This document shows positions 51,130-61,533 of a stretch of DNA of 64,000 nt, piece after piece. Source of the DNA: an uncultured Chloroflexia bacterium (GTDB taxonomy: Bacteria > Chloroflexota > Limnocylindria > Limnocylindrales > CSP1-4). How positions within the stretch are numbered: position 1 is the first letter of the stretch; each line of letters begins with the position of its first letter. The stretch lies in assembly GCA_963731635.1 (NCBI GenBank), contig CAVSWB010000004.1, positions 240,780-304,779 of the forward strand. The letters run 5' to 3'. The position numbers and the translations under genes were made by a program. The notes below the pieces were generated by a model that was not told the DNA's origin, ran no database searches, and worked only from the letters and a program-made list of their open reading frames with translations.

Positions 51130-52662
51130 TCACGGGACGTGGAAGAGGCACTCTCTGACGCCGCCGTATTGGCCGCACATGGCGCTCTCTCTGGACGCCC
51201 AGATCGCGGCCGGCACGCCCGGAGGCGGCGGGTCGTCGGCGGGCAGTACGTACCAGTGCACGCCCTGGGCGTAGAGGTCACCGTGATTTGCCGGACCACC
51301 GCCCGGCTGCGTGATCAGCGTCACGGCATCGGAGCGCATGAGAAACAGGGCAGACTCGCGGCCGGCCACTCGCTCGCCGGCCGGCACGGCCGAAGCAAAG
51401 CGTGCCTGGATGTCCGGCAGGTTGTAGGTGGCGCCGCGAGCCCATGAGCCGTACCAGGCGATGCCCGGAGCGGCGGCAGCCAGCGTCACGACCAGCACCA
51501 GGGCGCCGGCCATCCGAGGCCCGCTGCCCGCGCCCGTTCCGGACCGCCGTTCCACGAGCCAGCCGCTCGCCAGCTGGATTCCGAGCGCGGCCAGGATCGC
51601 AAGCGCGGGCACGAGGGGAACGACGTATCGGTTCGGGCGGTAGGAAGCAATCAGGAGAATGCCGAAGCCGGCCGCGAGCCAGCCGATGGCAACCAGGGCC
51701 AGCCGCGCCTGCGACCGAGTCAGGCGCCGCCTCAGCAACACGATGGTGAGGAAGCCGGCCGCGCCCAGCCCGATGAGCGGACCGAGGAGAGTGCCGAAGA
51801 TATGGTCGTTGTCGCCGGTGAAGTAGTGCCAGGCCGATTTGAGCATTCCGAGCGGTGCGAGGTTCAAGTTTTCGGGCGCCCAGATCTTGAGGTCGAGCGC
51901 GACAACGTCGCGGCTGGGAAGCCAGACGATTGCGGCCCACAAGAGGCCGGCGACGACGATGGTCCCCAGCGCGCCCGCGACCCAACGCCGGGCGGCGCGA
52001 TCACGGAGGCCCAGGACGGCCACGGCAACTAGAATCCCCGCGACCGCAAAGGCGGCGGATGGCTTGGCGCCGATCGCGATGGCGTAGCAAACGCCCGAGA
52101 CTGCGCCCCAGCGCAGACTCAAACGTTCGTCGCGCACCAGGACGACGCTCCCAAGTACCAATCCCAGGACGACCATGTCTTCGAGGAACGCCAGCCGCCC
52201 GTAGACGAGGATCAGGCCGCTGGCAGCGAAGGCGACACCGGCGAAGGCCGCGGAGCGGCGATCCACTGCTCCTCGAAGCCCCCAGACCAGGGCCACGGCC
52301 GAGAGCGAGACGCAGGCGATCGCCACCAGGCGCGCCTGGACGATGCCGACTCCGACCAGGTGGAACCACAAGGCTTCGACCAGGCTGAAGGGCAGGTTCA
52401 CCAGGTAGAGGTTCCACTCGTCGGTGCTCCAGCGCCCCAACTGGACGAAGTTGCGAGCGTTGACCGTGTTGAACGCCTCATCCGTGAAGGGCGAGCTGCT
52501 GAAGGTCACGTGGCTCGGGGGATCGGCAGCCACGAAAACCGCCAGCACAAGGAACAGGCCCAGCCCAACGAGGATGGCTTCGACTGGGACCCTGCGGAGC
52601 AGGTCCGCCGCCGCGGACAGACGGCCTCGAGCCGCGTGGTCTGGCGTCCCGGGATGGCTCAT
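51130..52662 (-). CDS. GT-C / glycosyltransferase family 39-like integral membrane protein
   Basis: DE motif after TM1 (FTDEAFN), ARL, LAFLE, AKP, RY motifs; more than 10 TM helices. Confidence 0.7.
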   Translation of the reverse strand: MSHPGTPDHAARGRLSAAADLLRRVPVEAILVGLGLFLVLAVFVAADPPSHVTFSSSPFTDEAFNTVNARNFVQLGRWSTDEWNLYLVNLPFSLVEALWFHLVGVGIVQARLVAIACVSLSAVALVWGLRGAVDRRSAAFAGVAFAASGLILVYGRLAFLEDMVVLGLVLGSVVLVRDERLSLRWGAVSGVCYAIAIGAKPSAAFAVAGILVAVAVLGLRDRAARRWVAGALGTIVVAGLLWAAIVWLPSRDVVALDLKIWAPENLNLAPLGMLKSAWHYFTGDNDHIFGTLLGPLIGLGAAGFLTIVLLRRRLTRSQARLALVAIGWLAAGFGILLIASYRPNRYVVPLVPALAILAALGIQLASGWLVERRSGTGAGSGPRMAGALVLVVTLAAAAPGIAWYGSWARGATYNLPDIQARFASAVPAGERVAGRESALFLMRSDAVTLITQPGGGPANHGDLYAQGVHWYVLPADDPPPPGVPAAIWASRESAMCGQYGGVRECLFHVP

Positions 52663-53877
52663 TTCTGGAGCTGCGGGATGCTGTGCCAGAGGACTCCGTA
52701 GGTGACGGAGGCGATGCTGGCCACGATCAGGAACCGTTCCAGGCCGCCCTTCCAGCGGCCCGACCCCATCGCTACGAGCGCCACGAGGAAGGGCGTGAAG
52801 TCGAGCGAATAGCGGAAGCCGTACTGGATGTAGCCGCCGCCGTAGTACAGGAAGACCGGTATCGCCACCAGCCCCGCGGCGATCCACATCAGCTGTGCGC
52901 TGCGGGTGCGGAACCCGGCCCACAGCGCGGTCAGCAGCGCGGGCGAGACCAGCAGCATAGACAGACCGTACGGGTTGGCGGTGAAGTAGGGGAATTTCGA
53001 CATCGTGTCGAAGGGCGCCAGCACGGCCAGGCGGAAGTTCTCGGGGACCTGCAGGATCGAGAACAGACCGATGGCCCGGCGTGCGTCGAGGCCGGGCTGG
53101 GGGAGGTAGGAAATGGCGTAGCCGGTCTGGAGCGGCGAACCGAAGCGGAGCCAGTTGAACCAGCCGTAGACCGCGACCGCGACGACCAGTGGGATCGCGA
53201 ACGCGACCGCCGTGCGGACGAGCGGCCGGAACGCATGGCGTTCATTCCAGAGCAAGGCGATGCCGAACGGGATCGCCGCCAGGCCGGTCGTGGGCCGGGC
53301 CAGGAACGAGAAGGCCATACACACGCCCAGGATCGCCGGGCGGCGTCTACCGGCCCACTCGATCAGGCAGAGCGTGAGCGCGAGAAAAGACTCGGCGTGG
53401 GCCAGGAAGTAGAAATTGCCGGCCGCCGTTATGTAGAAGAGCAGCGTTCCGAAGGCGATGAAGGCGGCAACCCAGTAAGTGGTGGAGCCGCGCGTGCCGT
53501 AGGCCCGCGCCAGCGGCAGGGCGAGGACGGCGGCAGCGATCCCGACCGTCAGCTCGATGATGGTGCCGGCCAGGATTTGCAGCACGCCGAGCACCGCAAA
53601 GGGGAGATAGGGCAGCAGCTGGAGCGGTCCGACGGCCACGTAATAGCGGCCGGCGACATCGACCGAGTCGACGGTGCCCTTGAAGGTCGCGGAAGTCGAG
53701 GCGGCCGTTGAGCGCCTGCTCGGCCAGGGTCATCATCCGGTCGGTCGGGATATGGTGGCCGTGGATCGAGGCGTAGACCGCGCCGGCATAGACCGCCGCG
53801 ACTCCGGCGCTGAACAGGAGATCGCCGCGGGACAGGGGATCCCAGGGACGGGGGGCGGAGGCTTGGGCGAGCGGCAT
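52659..53877 (-). CDS. Polytopic membrane protein (GT-C-like), frameshift about 53690
   Basis: Many TM helices; FLARPT, FNWLRFGSP, QYGFRYSLDF; TATACT upstream of ATG 53877. Confidence 0.6.
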
Positions 53878-53939
53878 TTCGGCGAAGTATAGGCATGCGG
53901 GTTGGGAGCTCGACGGCTCGCTCGGGGCGTCGGCGACGG

Positions 53940-54437
53940 CTACTCGCTCAGGAAGTCTCGCATCGGCCCGGTCACGACGACCTCGCCCGATTCCTCCGCA
54001 CGTTGCGTCCCGCCGTCGCCCGCACCCGGCCGGCGGATGACATAGCGGTGGCTCACGCGGGCCGCGCCGGAGGCGACCTGGGCGCTGACGGTGCAGTACT
54101 TCGTCGCCGAGAGCTCTATCGACCGCCGGACGGCCTCGGTCTCGACATTGCCCTCGACGACGTGGACGACGGTGATGTCGGTGAACACGTTGGGCGGTTT
54201 GTCGCGTTGGGTCCCGGAAACCTCGGTCGAGTAGCGATCGACGGCCTGGCGCTTCTTGGCCAGGATCTCGACCACGTCCATGGCCGTGCAGGCAGCCAGC
54301 GCGACCAGCTGGAGTTCGGTCGGCCGAGGTCCGGTGTTGCCTTTGCCGTTGTCGACCGCCACCTCATGGCCGGAAGTGGTGGTGCCCACGAACCGCATAC
54401 CGCCTTCGTGGCGAAGGGAAACGTGCTTCTCGCCCAT
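53940..54437 (-). CDS. OsmC/YhfA family protein
   Basis: GPRPTEL, ACTAMDV, LSATKYCTVS. Confidence 0.9.
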   Translation of the reverse strand: MGEKHVSLRHEGGMRFVGTTTSGHEVAVDNGKGNTGPRPTELQLVALAACTAMDVVEILAKKRQAVDRYSTEVSGTQRDKPPNVFTDITVVHVVEGNVETEAVRRSIELSATKYCTVSAQVASGAARVSHRYVIRRPGAGDGGTQRAEESGEVVVTGPMRDFLSE

Positions 54438-54448
54438 GCTTTCTCCGT

Positions 54449-54980
54449 TCAGCGCCCGCTCGGCGCGGCGGCCGCGATAGAGGTTACGTCGTCCGAGCCG
54501 TTTGCGCGCTCGTCGCCCTCGAGAGCGGCCAGGAATTGCTCGTGATATAGCCGGGCGAACGCAAAGACCGTAGGATCGCCAGCGAGAGCACCGTCAGGCG
54601 CTTGTCGATGAAGAGCATGGCCACGATCGTGCTGAGGACGACCGCCACGTTGTTGGTGACACTGGCCGCCGTGTTGGTGACCACCGACTGGATCCCGCCG
54701 ACGTCGTTGGACAGGCGGCTCTGGATCTCGCCGGTCCGCGTCTCGGTGAAGAAGCGCAGCGGCATCGACTGCAGATGGCTGTAGAGCGCGGCGCGGAGGT
54801 CGCGCATGACGCTCTGGCCGACCTGGTTGCTCAGACAGGTCTGGCCGATGCCGATCAGGCTCGAGATGATCGGTACGACGATCATCAGCGCCACGAACAG
54901 GTTGAGCAGCCCGAACTTGCGCTGGTCGATGCGGCGAAACGGCGCCGGCCGCCGCCGGACGACCCACCGGCAAAGGACAT
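54449..54980 (-). pseudogene. Internally deleted ABC exporter (MsbA/MdlB-like) remnant
   Basis: AGGAGG RBS plus ATG 54980; TMD piece DLRAALYSHLQSMPLRFF...GEIQSRLSNDV joined directly to the C-terminal tail ARLYHEQF; no NBD. Confidence 0.7.
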
Positions 54981-55055
54981 CAGGCCTCCTGCAGTGTGGA
55001 CACTGACGCTACCAGGAGACTCCCTCGACCCTCCATGGGCGGCCGGTCGCGCTGG

Positions 55056-55805
55056 CTAGTGGCCCTGCGCGGCCGCGGCCGGCATGCGTGCCGACACGAG
55101 TAAGGTCGAGCGTCGCGAAGGCAGGTCGCGTGACAGCAGATCGCCCGCCAGGCCGACCAGGAACGTGGGCCAGGTACGCCCCCAGGCTCGTGCCAGGTGC
55201 CCAATGGGCATAACGCTGATGTCGACGAAACCGGCGGCCTCGAGCGCCGACCGCAGCGACATCGGGTCGTTGCAGACACCCACTATCGGATGCGCGTCCG
55301 CCGCGGTGGCTTTCACCAGCCGCTGAAGCCGGTGACGCAATCCCGCCGGGACGTCCAGGTACGCGGCCACGAACGGGTGCCGGCGGTTGACTGTGGTGAT
55401 CACCAGCGTGCCGCCGGGACGCAGCCATCGCCCGACGTTCGCGAAGGCATCGACCGGCCGGGCGAAATGCTCGACGGTGAACGAGCTGAGGGCAACGTCG
55501 AAGGTCGCCGGGGCGAATGCGGCCGTGTCCGCACAAACGTCGACGACCGCGAACTCGTCGAGATACGGCATGGAGCCTGGCGACGGGTCGTGGATGTCGA
55601 TGCCGACGAAGCGGCCGATCCGGGCCCTGAACGGTTCCAGGGCGGAGGATCGTCCGCAGCCGGCGTCAAGGACGGTCAGACCAGCCGAAGGATCCGGCGC
55701 CGTGGCGCTGGCCTTTTCGACCGCGATTCTCAAGGCAGCTTCCAACTCCGTCGAAACGCTGGGCGTGATTCCGCAGCGTGCCAGGATCCCCTCGCGAGTC
55801 GGCAT
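55056..55805 (-). CDS. Class I SAM-dependent methyltransferase
   Basis: VLDAGCG, GID, FDV...VEH, LRPGG. Confidence 0.88.
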   Translation of the reverse strand: MPTREGILARCGITPSVSTELEAALRIAVEKASATAPDPSAGLTVLDAGCGRSSALEPFRARIGRFVGIDIHDPSPGSMPYLDEFAVVDVCADTAAFAPATFDVALSSFTVEHFARPVDAFANVGRWLRPGGTLVITTVNRRHPFVAAYLDVPAGLRHRLQRLVKATAADAHPIVGVCNDPMSLRSALEAAGFVDISVMPIGHLARAWGRTWPTFLVGLAGDLLSRDLPSRRSTLLVSARMPAAAAQGH

Positions 55806-56917
55806 CAGCTATTCGAGGCCGCGGCGGCGGATACGGCTGCGGTGGCAGTCCGTTCGGCGGCCTCCTGGGCTTCGAGCCAGCGCTCCGCGTCGATCGCCGC
55901 GCGGCAGCCCTCGCCGGCCGCCGTCACGGCCTGGCGGTAGCGGTGGTCGTCGACGTCGCCGGCCACGAATACGCCCTCGATCGAGGAGAAGGTCGTCTTG
56001 CTCTCGACCGCCAGGTAGCCCTTGTCGTCGGTGCCAAGCCACTCGCGGAAGACCTCGACGTTCGGCCTGTGCCCGATGGCCACGAAAAGGCCCTCGACCG
56101 GGAGGATCTCCTGGCCGGGCTCGTCGGTCTTGTCCAGCCGGACCGCTTCGACCTTGTCGGCGCCGAGCACTTCGCCGATCGTGCGATTGAGATGCAGCAC
56201 GATCTTCGGATGCTCGATGGCGCGGTTCTCCATGATCTTGCTGCACCGGAACGCTTCGCGGCGGTGGATGAGATGGACCTTGCTGGCGAACCTGGTCAGG
56301 AAGAGCGCTTCCTCCAGGGCGGTGTCCCCACCGCCGACGACGGCGACTTCCTTGCCGCGGTAGAAGAAGCCGTCGCAGGTGGCGCAGGCGCTGACGCCGC
56401 GGCCGCGCAGTCGGGTTTCGCTCTCGAGGCCGAGCCACAGCGCGGACGCGCCGGTTGCGACTATCACGGACTCGGCGCGGTATTCGACGCCGGCCGCCCA
56501 CAGCCGGAAGGGCCTCCGGGCGAGATCCACCTTGTCCACGTCGACGTCCACGATCCGCGCACCGAAACGCTCGGCTTGCTTGCGGAAGAGCGCCATCAGC
56601 TCCGGGCCGCCGATCGCTTCGGGGAAACCGGGGTAGTTCTCGACCTCGCTCGTGATCATGAGTTGGCCTCCTGTTTCGAGGCCGCCGATGACCACCGGAG
56701 CCAGGTTGGCGCGAGCCGCGTAGATGGCCGCGGTCAGACCTGCCGGACCCGAGCCGACGATGACGACCCTGGCCTCGACCGGCTCACCCGCCGATTCCGT
56801 TGGGGCCATCCCCTGGACCATCGGCGTGCCGTTCTCGGTAGGTGCAGGACCCGCCAGGGAGAACTTCAGGTCGTTCAGCTTCAGAGCCGGTTTCTTGCTT
56901 GTCGCGTCGTCGTTCAT
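55805..56917 (-). CDS. trxB: Thioredoxin reductase
   Basis: GSGPAG, VENYPGF, CATCDG, GGGDTALEE, HRR, YRQAVTAAG; leaderless TAGGAT-N6-ATG. Confidence 0.96.
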   Translation of the reverse strand: MNDDATSKKPALKLNDLKFSLAGPAPTENGTPMVQGMAPTESAGEPVEARVVIVGSGPAGLTAAIYAARANLAPVVIGGLETGGQLMITSEVENYPGFPEAIGGPELMALFRKQAERFGARIVDVDVDKVDLARRPFRLWAAGVEYRAESVIVATGASALWLGLESETRLRGRGVSACATCDGFFYRGKEVAVVGGGDTALEEALFLTRFASKVHLIHRREAFRCSKIMENRAIEHPKIVLHLNRTIGEVLGADKVEAVRLDKTDEPGQEILPVEGLFVAIGHRPNVEVFREWLGTDDKGYLAVESKTTFSSIEGVFVAGDVDDHRYRQAVTAAGEGCRAAIDAERWLEAQEAAERTATAAVSAAAASNS

Positions 56918-56963
56918 GCGCTCATCCTAGCACGAGGCGAATACTCCTGGGGAGTATCCTCCG

Positions 56964-58008
56964 CTACCCGGCGTCGGACTCTCGGCGGGCGCGGAAGACC
57001 ACGCTCGTGAACGGGATCCGGAAATCGGCGAACACTTCGATCGAGGCCAGGAACCCCGCCAGCAGGAATGCCACCCCGAGCAACTCGCCCACGAAGAAGG
57101 CGCTCGTGTTGCCGAAGCGACTCAGGCCGCTGGTGACGGCCGGAATGAAGCCGCCGATAGCGATCAGGATCGTGGCCGGGACGCGGCTATTGAGCCGGCC
57201 CGTGAAGAGGGCGACCGTCGCCCCGGGAAGCGAAGCCGCCAGGTTCACGGTGAAAGCCACGGGCGCTCGCAACAGGTTTGCCAGGAACGCCGGCCAGGGC
57301 TGGTTCCTATCGAGTGAATAGCCGATCACCCGCCGTTTCGGCATGAAGATGTAGGCGCTGAATATTGCCCCGAGCGATAGCGCGAACGCCCCGGTGATGT
57401 TGAACAGAGGCGTCAGGAGCCGCAGGTATCCGGGGATCAGGTCGCCGGTCGGGATCTGGGTAACCGGATCCACGACCCAGCCCGGAGCGGCCAGCGGCGC
57501 GACGGCCATCATCGCCGCCGAACAGACGGTGCCGGCAACGATCGCCGCAGCCACGATCCGTGGCCAGGCGACGCCCCCTCGCAGCGTGTCGATCGCAACC
57601 ACGACGGCGAGCAAGGTGGCTATCGCAAAGTAGAGGCCGGGGGCGATGCCGCTGTCGGCGTAGTGGTACTTGGCCTCGGTCAGGGCCGTGAACAGCCCGG
57701 CCAGGAAGAGCGACGCCGCAAGGGCGTAGCCGAAGTTGGGTCCGCCCCAGGAGCAAGACGGTGCCGAGGCCGAGCCAACCGGCAACCCAGATCGCGCCGA
57801 TCAGGTACCAGGCGCGGTACAGCGGCTCGGACCAGCCCAGAGCGCCGCCGAGGAATTCGGTCCCCGCGCTCAATCCATACCACAGCATCCCCAACGCCCA
57901 GACGGCCTGATAGGCGCGCCGGCGCTCCCGCCACTGATCGACCAGCAGGGCGAAGAACACGAAACTCAGCAGGGAAGAACAGAGAGGCAGGACGACGTTG
58001 AAGTTCAT
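56964..58008 (-). CDS. Uncharacterised polytopic membrane protein, frameshift about 57740
   Basis: Two overlapping hydrophobic ORFs (57307-58008 and 56964-57785) join into one multi-TM protein. Confidence 0.7.
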
Positions 58009-58099
58009 GCTGTCTCCGATCCAGAGCGGTGCCCGGTCAGGGCAAGATAACTCCGGCCGAGTCGTGCCGCAGCCGGGTCGCGAGCCGCAGGACCGCCCA

Positions 58100-58275
58100 A
58101 ATTGTCAGTCTTGCGGCCGACTGCAAGACTGGCCGAATTGTCAGTCTTGCGGCGGACCGCAAGACTGGCCGAATTGTCAGTCTTGCGGCGGACCGCAAGA
58201 CTGGCCGAATTGTCAGTCTTGCGGCGGACCGCAAGACTGGCCGAATTGTCAGTCTTGCGGCGGACCGCAAGACTG
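58100..58275. repeat. Tandem array of five 36-bp units, each containing an 11-bp-stem hairpin
   Basis: AATTGTCAGTCTTGCGGCGGACCGCAAGACTGGCCG at 58100, 58136, 58172, 58208, 58244. Confidence 0.95.
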
Positions 58276-58284
58276 TCGTGATCG

Positions 58285-58848
58285 TTAGGCGGTTTGCGGG
58301 GTGGTGGGCCACAGGCGCGCCGCCAGCAACGCGGCCGCCGCGAGGGCCGCGAGTGAGACGATCCAGGCCAGCCCGGCGATGAGTTCGGCGTTGGTTTCGC
58401 GATCCTCCGCGAGCCGAAGCGAGCGCCCGGACACCACCGTCCCGCCGTTCCAGGCGACGGCCACCGCCGCGATCCTGACGCCGGCCCGGGGCTGCCACGT
58501 GACCGTGTCCGGTCCGGACGAAGCCGCGTCCAGCACCCCGTCGGGTGGCGCCGGCCGCCCGCCATCGAGAGTCCCGTTCGTGGCGAGTATCGAATGGTTG
58601 CGGTCGAACACGATCACGAAAGGTGCCAGGCCGGTGGCGAGGTCTACCTTCGATGGACCGACCACCGAAGCGGGCGAGGCCCCCGCGTCCAGCCTCGCAG
58701 CCGCATCCGTCGCCAGCTGGTACTGCGGGTCGTTGGCGCCGCTGCGCAGACTCTGCTGCACCTCGGCGTAAACCAGACCGCACGTCAGCGTCGCCAGCGC
58801 CGCTGCCGGCAGGAAGAAAGCGAGCGCCCGGCGGCTCAGCGCGCTCAA
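58285..58848 (-). CDS. Two-TM membrane protein resembling a stand-alone extracytoplasmic sensor domain
   Basis: TM - about 120-aa domain (APFVIVFD, VTWQP, VSGRSL) - TM; TTGA overlap with the LLM gene. Confidence 0.65.
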   Translation of the reverse strand: MSALSRRALAFFLPAAALATLTCGLVYAEVQQSLRSGANDPQYQLATDAAARLDAGASPASVVGPSKVDLATGLAPFVIVFDRNHSILATNGTLDGGRPAPPDGVLDAASSGPDTVTWQPRAGVRIAAVAVAWNGGTVVSGRSLRLAEDRETNAELIAGLAWIVSLAALAAAALLAARLWPTTPQTA

Positions 58849-59738
58849 ATGGCCGCCGCGTCGATGGCGTGGACCCGGGGAATGACTTCGCGACCAAGAG
58901 TCTCGATGTTCCGCACGTCCCAAACTTCCGCCATGTTGAAGATGACGTGCTGGACGCCCACCTCCGCGAGAGCGCCGAACTGGTCGACGATTTCGGAAGG
59001 CGACTGCCGGCTCAGATCCACGTTCTGCAGGTTGGTCCTTTCGATCTCGTCGAACGGCCGGCCCACTTCGGCGCAGCGCTCCCGCAGCACCGAGAATTTG
59101 TGCGTCAACTGGGCCGGCCCACCGAAAATGTTCGTGGCGTCGGCGTATTTGGCGACCAGCCGCAGGGTCTTGGTCTCGCCCCCGCCGCCGATGAGGATGC
59201 GCGGGTGCGGCTTACTCAGGGCCTGGGGCGAGTTCAGCAGGCGGGTGGCTAGATAGTGCTTGCCCTCGAAGGCCGCCTGGGAGCCGTGTTCGCCACGCCA
59301 CATCTCGTGACAGATCTGCAGGCACTCCTCGAGCATCTCGAAGCGCTGCCCGAGCGGCGGCATGGGGAACCCGAGCCCGCGGCTCTCGTCCTCGTTCCAG
59401 GCCGCACCGATGCCGAGGTAGGCTCGGCCGCCGCTCAGGACGTCGAGCGTTGTGGCCGCCTTGGCCCACAGACCCGGGAGCCGGTAATGGATGCCGCCGA
59501 CCATCAGCCCAAGCGTGGCGTGCTTGGAGTGAGCGGCCATGAACCCGAGGGCGGTCCAGCCCTCCAGCATGGGATCGTCGACGGGGCCGACGCTGCGGAT
59601 CTGGTAGTGATGGTCCATGACCCACAGCGAGTCGAAGCCGGCTGAGTCGGCGGTTTCGGCGACCCGGGCCAGCGTTTCGCCGATCGCGGCATCGCCGCCC
59701 GGCCATGTAAACGAGGGTATTTGCAGTCCGATTTTCAC
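58845..59738 (-). CDS. LLM-class F420-dependent oxidoreductase
   Basis: GFDSLWVMDH, TLDVLSGGR, GIGAAW, GGGGE.KTLRLVAKYAD. Confidence 0.9.
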   Translation of the reverse strand: MKIGLQIPSFTWPGGDAAIGETLARVAETADSAGFDSLWVMDHHYQIRSVGPVDDPMLEGWTALGFMAAHSKHATLGLMVGGIHYRLPGLWAKAATTLDVLSGGRAYLGIGAAWNEDESRGLGFPMPPLGQRFEMLEECLQICHEMWRGEHGSQAAFEGKHYLATRLLNSPQALSKPHPRILIGGGGETKTLRLVAKYADATNIFGGPAQLTHKFSVLRERCAEVGRPFDEIERTNLQNVDLSRQSPSEIVDQFGALAEVGVQHVIFNMAEVWDVRNIETLGREVIPRVHAIDAAAI

Positions 59739-60050
59739 CGAGAGCCTCCGACCAAGGACCGAGCCCGCGGGCAGCGCCGGGCGTCGTCAATCCCTGCCGG
59801 AGAGCGTAGCACTCGCGCTCAACCAATTCCTGAGGCGGTTCCGAGCCGCCCGCCCCGGGCGATAGGTTGCGATTCCCTCGTCGGCGACGTTCCCCGTTTG
59901 CGCAGGTGGGTCCGTCTCTGGTACGGTTCGGCCAACGCACCTCTGCCGGCAGGGCTTGGCCGGCCGATCCGAACGAAAGCTAATACCGAGACCCTCGGGC
60001 GGCTGCCACCACGTCCCGTCGATTGCCGTCCACCGTTGGAGGAGTCCGTA

Positions 60051-61490
60051 TTGCCTAGAGCGCCGCTCCGTGCCAGTGAGACTCTGGCCCGCCTGGCCGC
60101 CGATCCCCGGATCGCGGTCCTGGTCCGCGCTATCGTCTCGCCACTGCGCTCGATCGCGGCGCCCTTCGCCGGCTCGGCTGCCGAACTGCTCGGCGGGGCT
60201 CCGGGCAGGCTCAACCCCATCGGCGGCTCCCGCAAGCTCGTGGAGGCCTCGGCCGAGGGCCTGACCCACGCCGCCCACCTCGATCGCGCCCGCCTCGCCG
60301 CCGCGCTCCGGGCCCGCCTCGCGGTTCCCGAACGACCCGAGCGCCTGGTGCCCATCGGTGTCTGCGCCCTGCTCGTGGCCGCCGCGGTCCTGAGCTCGCT
60401 GCCGCCGGTCGGTACCGTCAACGGCGGCGCCGCTCCCACCCACGGCCCGCGCGTCGTCATCGCCGGTCTCGACAATCAGGGCTCGCTCGATCAGGCCGCA
60501 CCGGGACCGACCGCGACCTCGGGCTCGCTCGATGGCACCGCACCCAACCCCGCCACGGCCAGTCCGGCTCCGGGCGGCCTCGCCTTCTACAGCTCCGACA
60601 TCGCCATCGTCAACACCATCGCGGGTGCCGCGGCCTCCGGCAGCGCCACCGGCGGCGTCTTCAGCACCTACGTCGTGGCCTCGGGCGACACCCTGGGCGG
60701 CATCGCCCGGAAGTTCGATATCAGCCAGACCACTCTGTATTGGGCCAACAAGAGCTCGATCTCGGATCCGCAGGCGCTGCATATCGGCCAGCGTCTGGTG
60801 ATTCCTTCCGCCGACGGCCTCGCCGTGACCGTGGGCCCTTCAGATACGATCGACTCGCTGGCGGCGAAGTACCAGACCACTGCCCAGGACCTGATGGACG
60901 CGAACGCGCTTTCCGGGCCGAATATCGTGACTGGCCAGACGCTCTTCGTTCCCGGCGCCAACGGCGGCCCGCTGCCGACGCCGAAGCCGCTGCCGACGCC
61001 GAAGCCGCTGCCGGTAGCCCCTGCCCCGGTGCGCAAGAGCAGCGGCGGTGGGTCGACGAGTTGTTCGACCTGTAACGCCGGCACATACGCGGGCGGAGAT
61101 TTCGGTTGGCCGGTGGCCGGCCGCAGCTACATAAGCCAGCCCTTCTGGTCCGGGCATCACGCCATTGACATTGCCGCGACATACGGCTCCCCGGTCGTGG
61201 CGGCGGCGTCCGGCGTGGTCGTATTCGCCGGCTGGCGGTCGTACACGGGCGGCGGCAACGTAATCTGGGTCTCCGATGGATCCGGCATCTACACGACGTA
61301 CAACCACCTGTCCGCCTGGTCCGTTCACGCCGGCGAGGCAGTGGCTGCCGGCCAGCGCATCGGCTCTATCGGGACAAGCGGCATCGCAACCGGGCCGCAT
61401 CTCCACTTCGAAGTCTGGCGCGGCTATCCGTGGGCGTCCGGCACCGACGCCGCGGCGGTCAATCCGTGCATCTACCTGGCGGCCTGCTGA
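60051..61490 (+). CDS. LysM x2 + M23 peptidase (peptidoglycan DD-endopeptidase family)
   Basis: YVVASGDTL and VGPSDTIDSLA LysM repeats; HHAID, YNHL, TGPHLHFE; TTG after GGAGGAG. Confidence 0.88.
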   Translation: MPRAPLRASETLARLAADPRIAVLVRAIVSPLRSIAAPFAGSAAELLGGAPGRLNPIGGSRKLVEASAEGLTHAAHLDRARLAAALRARLAVPERPERLVPIGVCALLVAAAVLSSLPPVGTVNGGAAPTHGPRVVIAGLDNQGSLDQAAPGPTATSGSLDGTAPNPATASPAPGGLAFYSSDIAIVNTIAGAAASGSATGGVFSTYVVASGDTLGGIARKFDISQTTLYWANKSSISDPQALHIGQRLVIPSADGLAVTVGPSDTIDSLAAKYQTTAQDLMDANALSGPNIVTGQTLFVPGANGGPLPTPKPLPTPKPLPVAPAPVRKSSGGGSTSCSTCNAGTYAGGDFGWPVAGRSYISQPFWSGHHAIDIAATYGSPVVAAASGVVVFAGWRSYTGGGNVIWVSDGSGIYTTYNHLSAWSVHAGEAVAAGQRIGSIGTSGIATGPHLHFEVWRGYPWASGTDAAAVNPCIYLAAC

Positions 61491-61533
61491 GCGCTGGAGG
61501 CCGCTGATCGCCGACCCCGCCCGGGACCAGGCG

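Noticed and set aside
49204-51447. Long antisense ORFs (e.g. 747 aa here, 691 aa at 29481, 597 aa at 10259)
   Set aside because: Shadow frames of well-supported opposite-strand genes in high-GC DNA; no recognisable motifs.
58100-58275. CRISPR array
   Set aside because: Units are contiguous with identical linkers, there are no unique spacers, and no cas genes are in the window.
59940-60050. Cyclic dinucleotide riboswitch ahead of the LysM-M23 gene
   Set aside because: Only fragments (ACGAAAGC, GCGGCTGCC) resemble the c-di-GMP-I consensus; the GNRA/receptor stems could not be built. An Infernal search would be needed.
60969-61013. 18-bp tandem repeat
   Set aside because: Encodes a PLPTPK linker within the LysM-M23 protein; ordinary low complexity.
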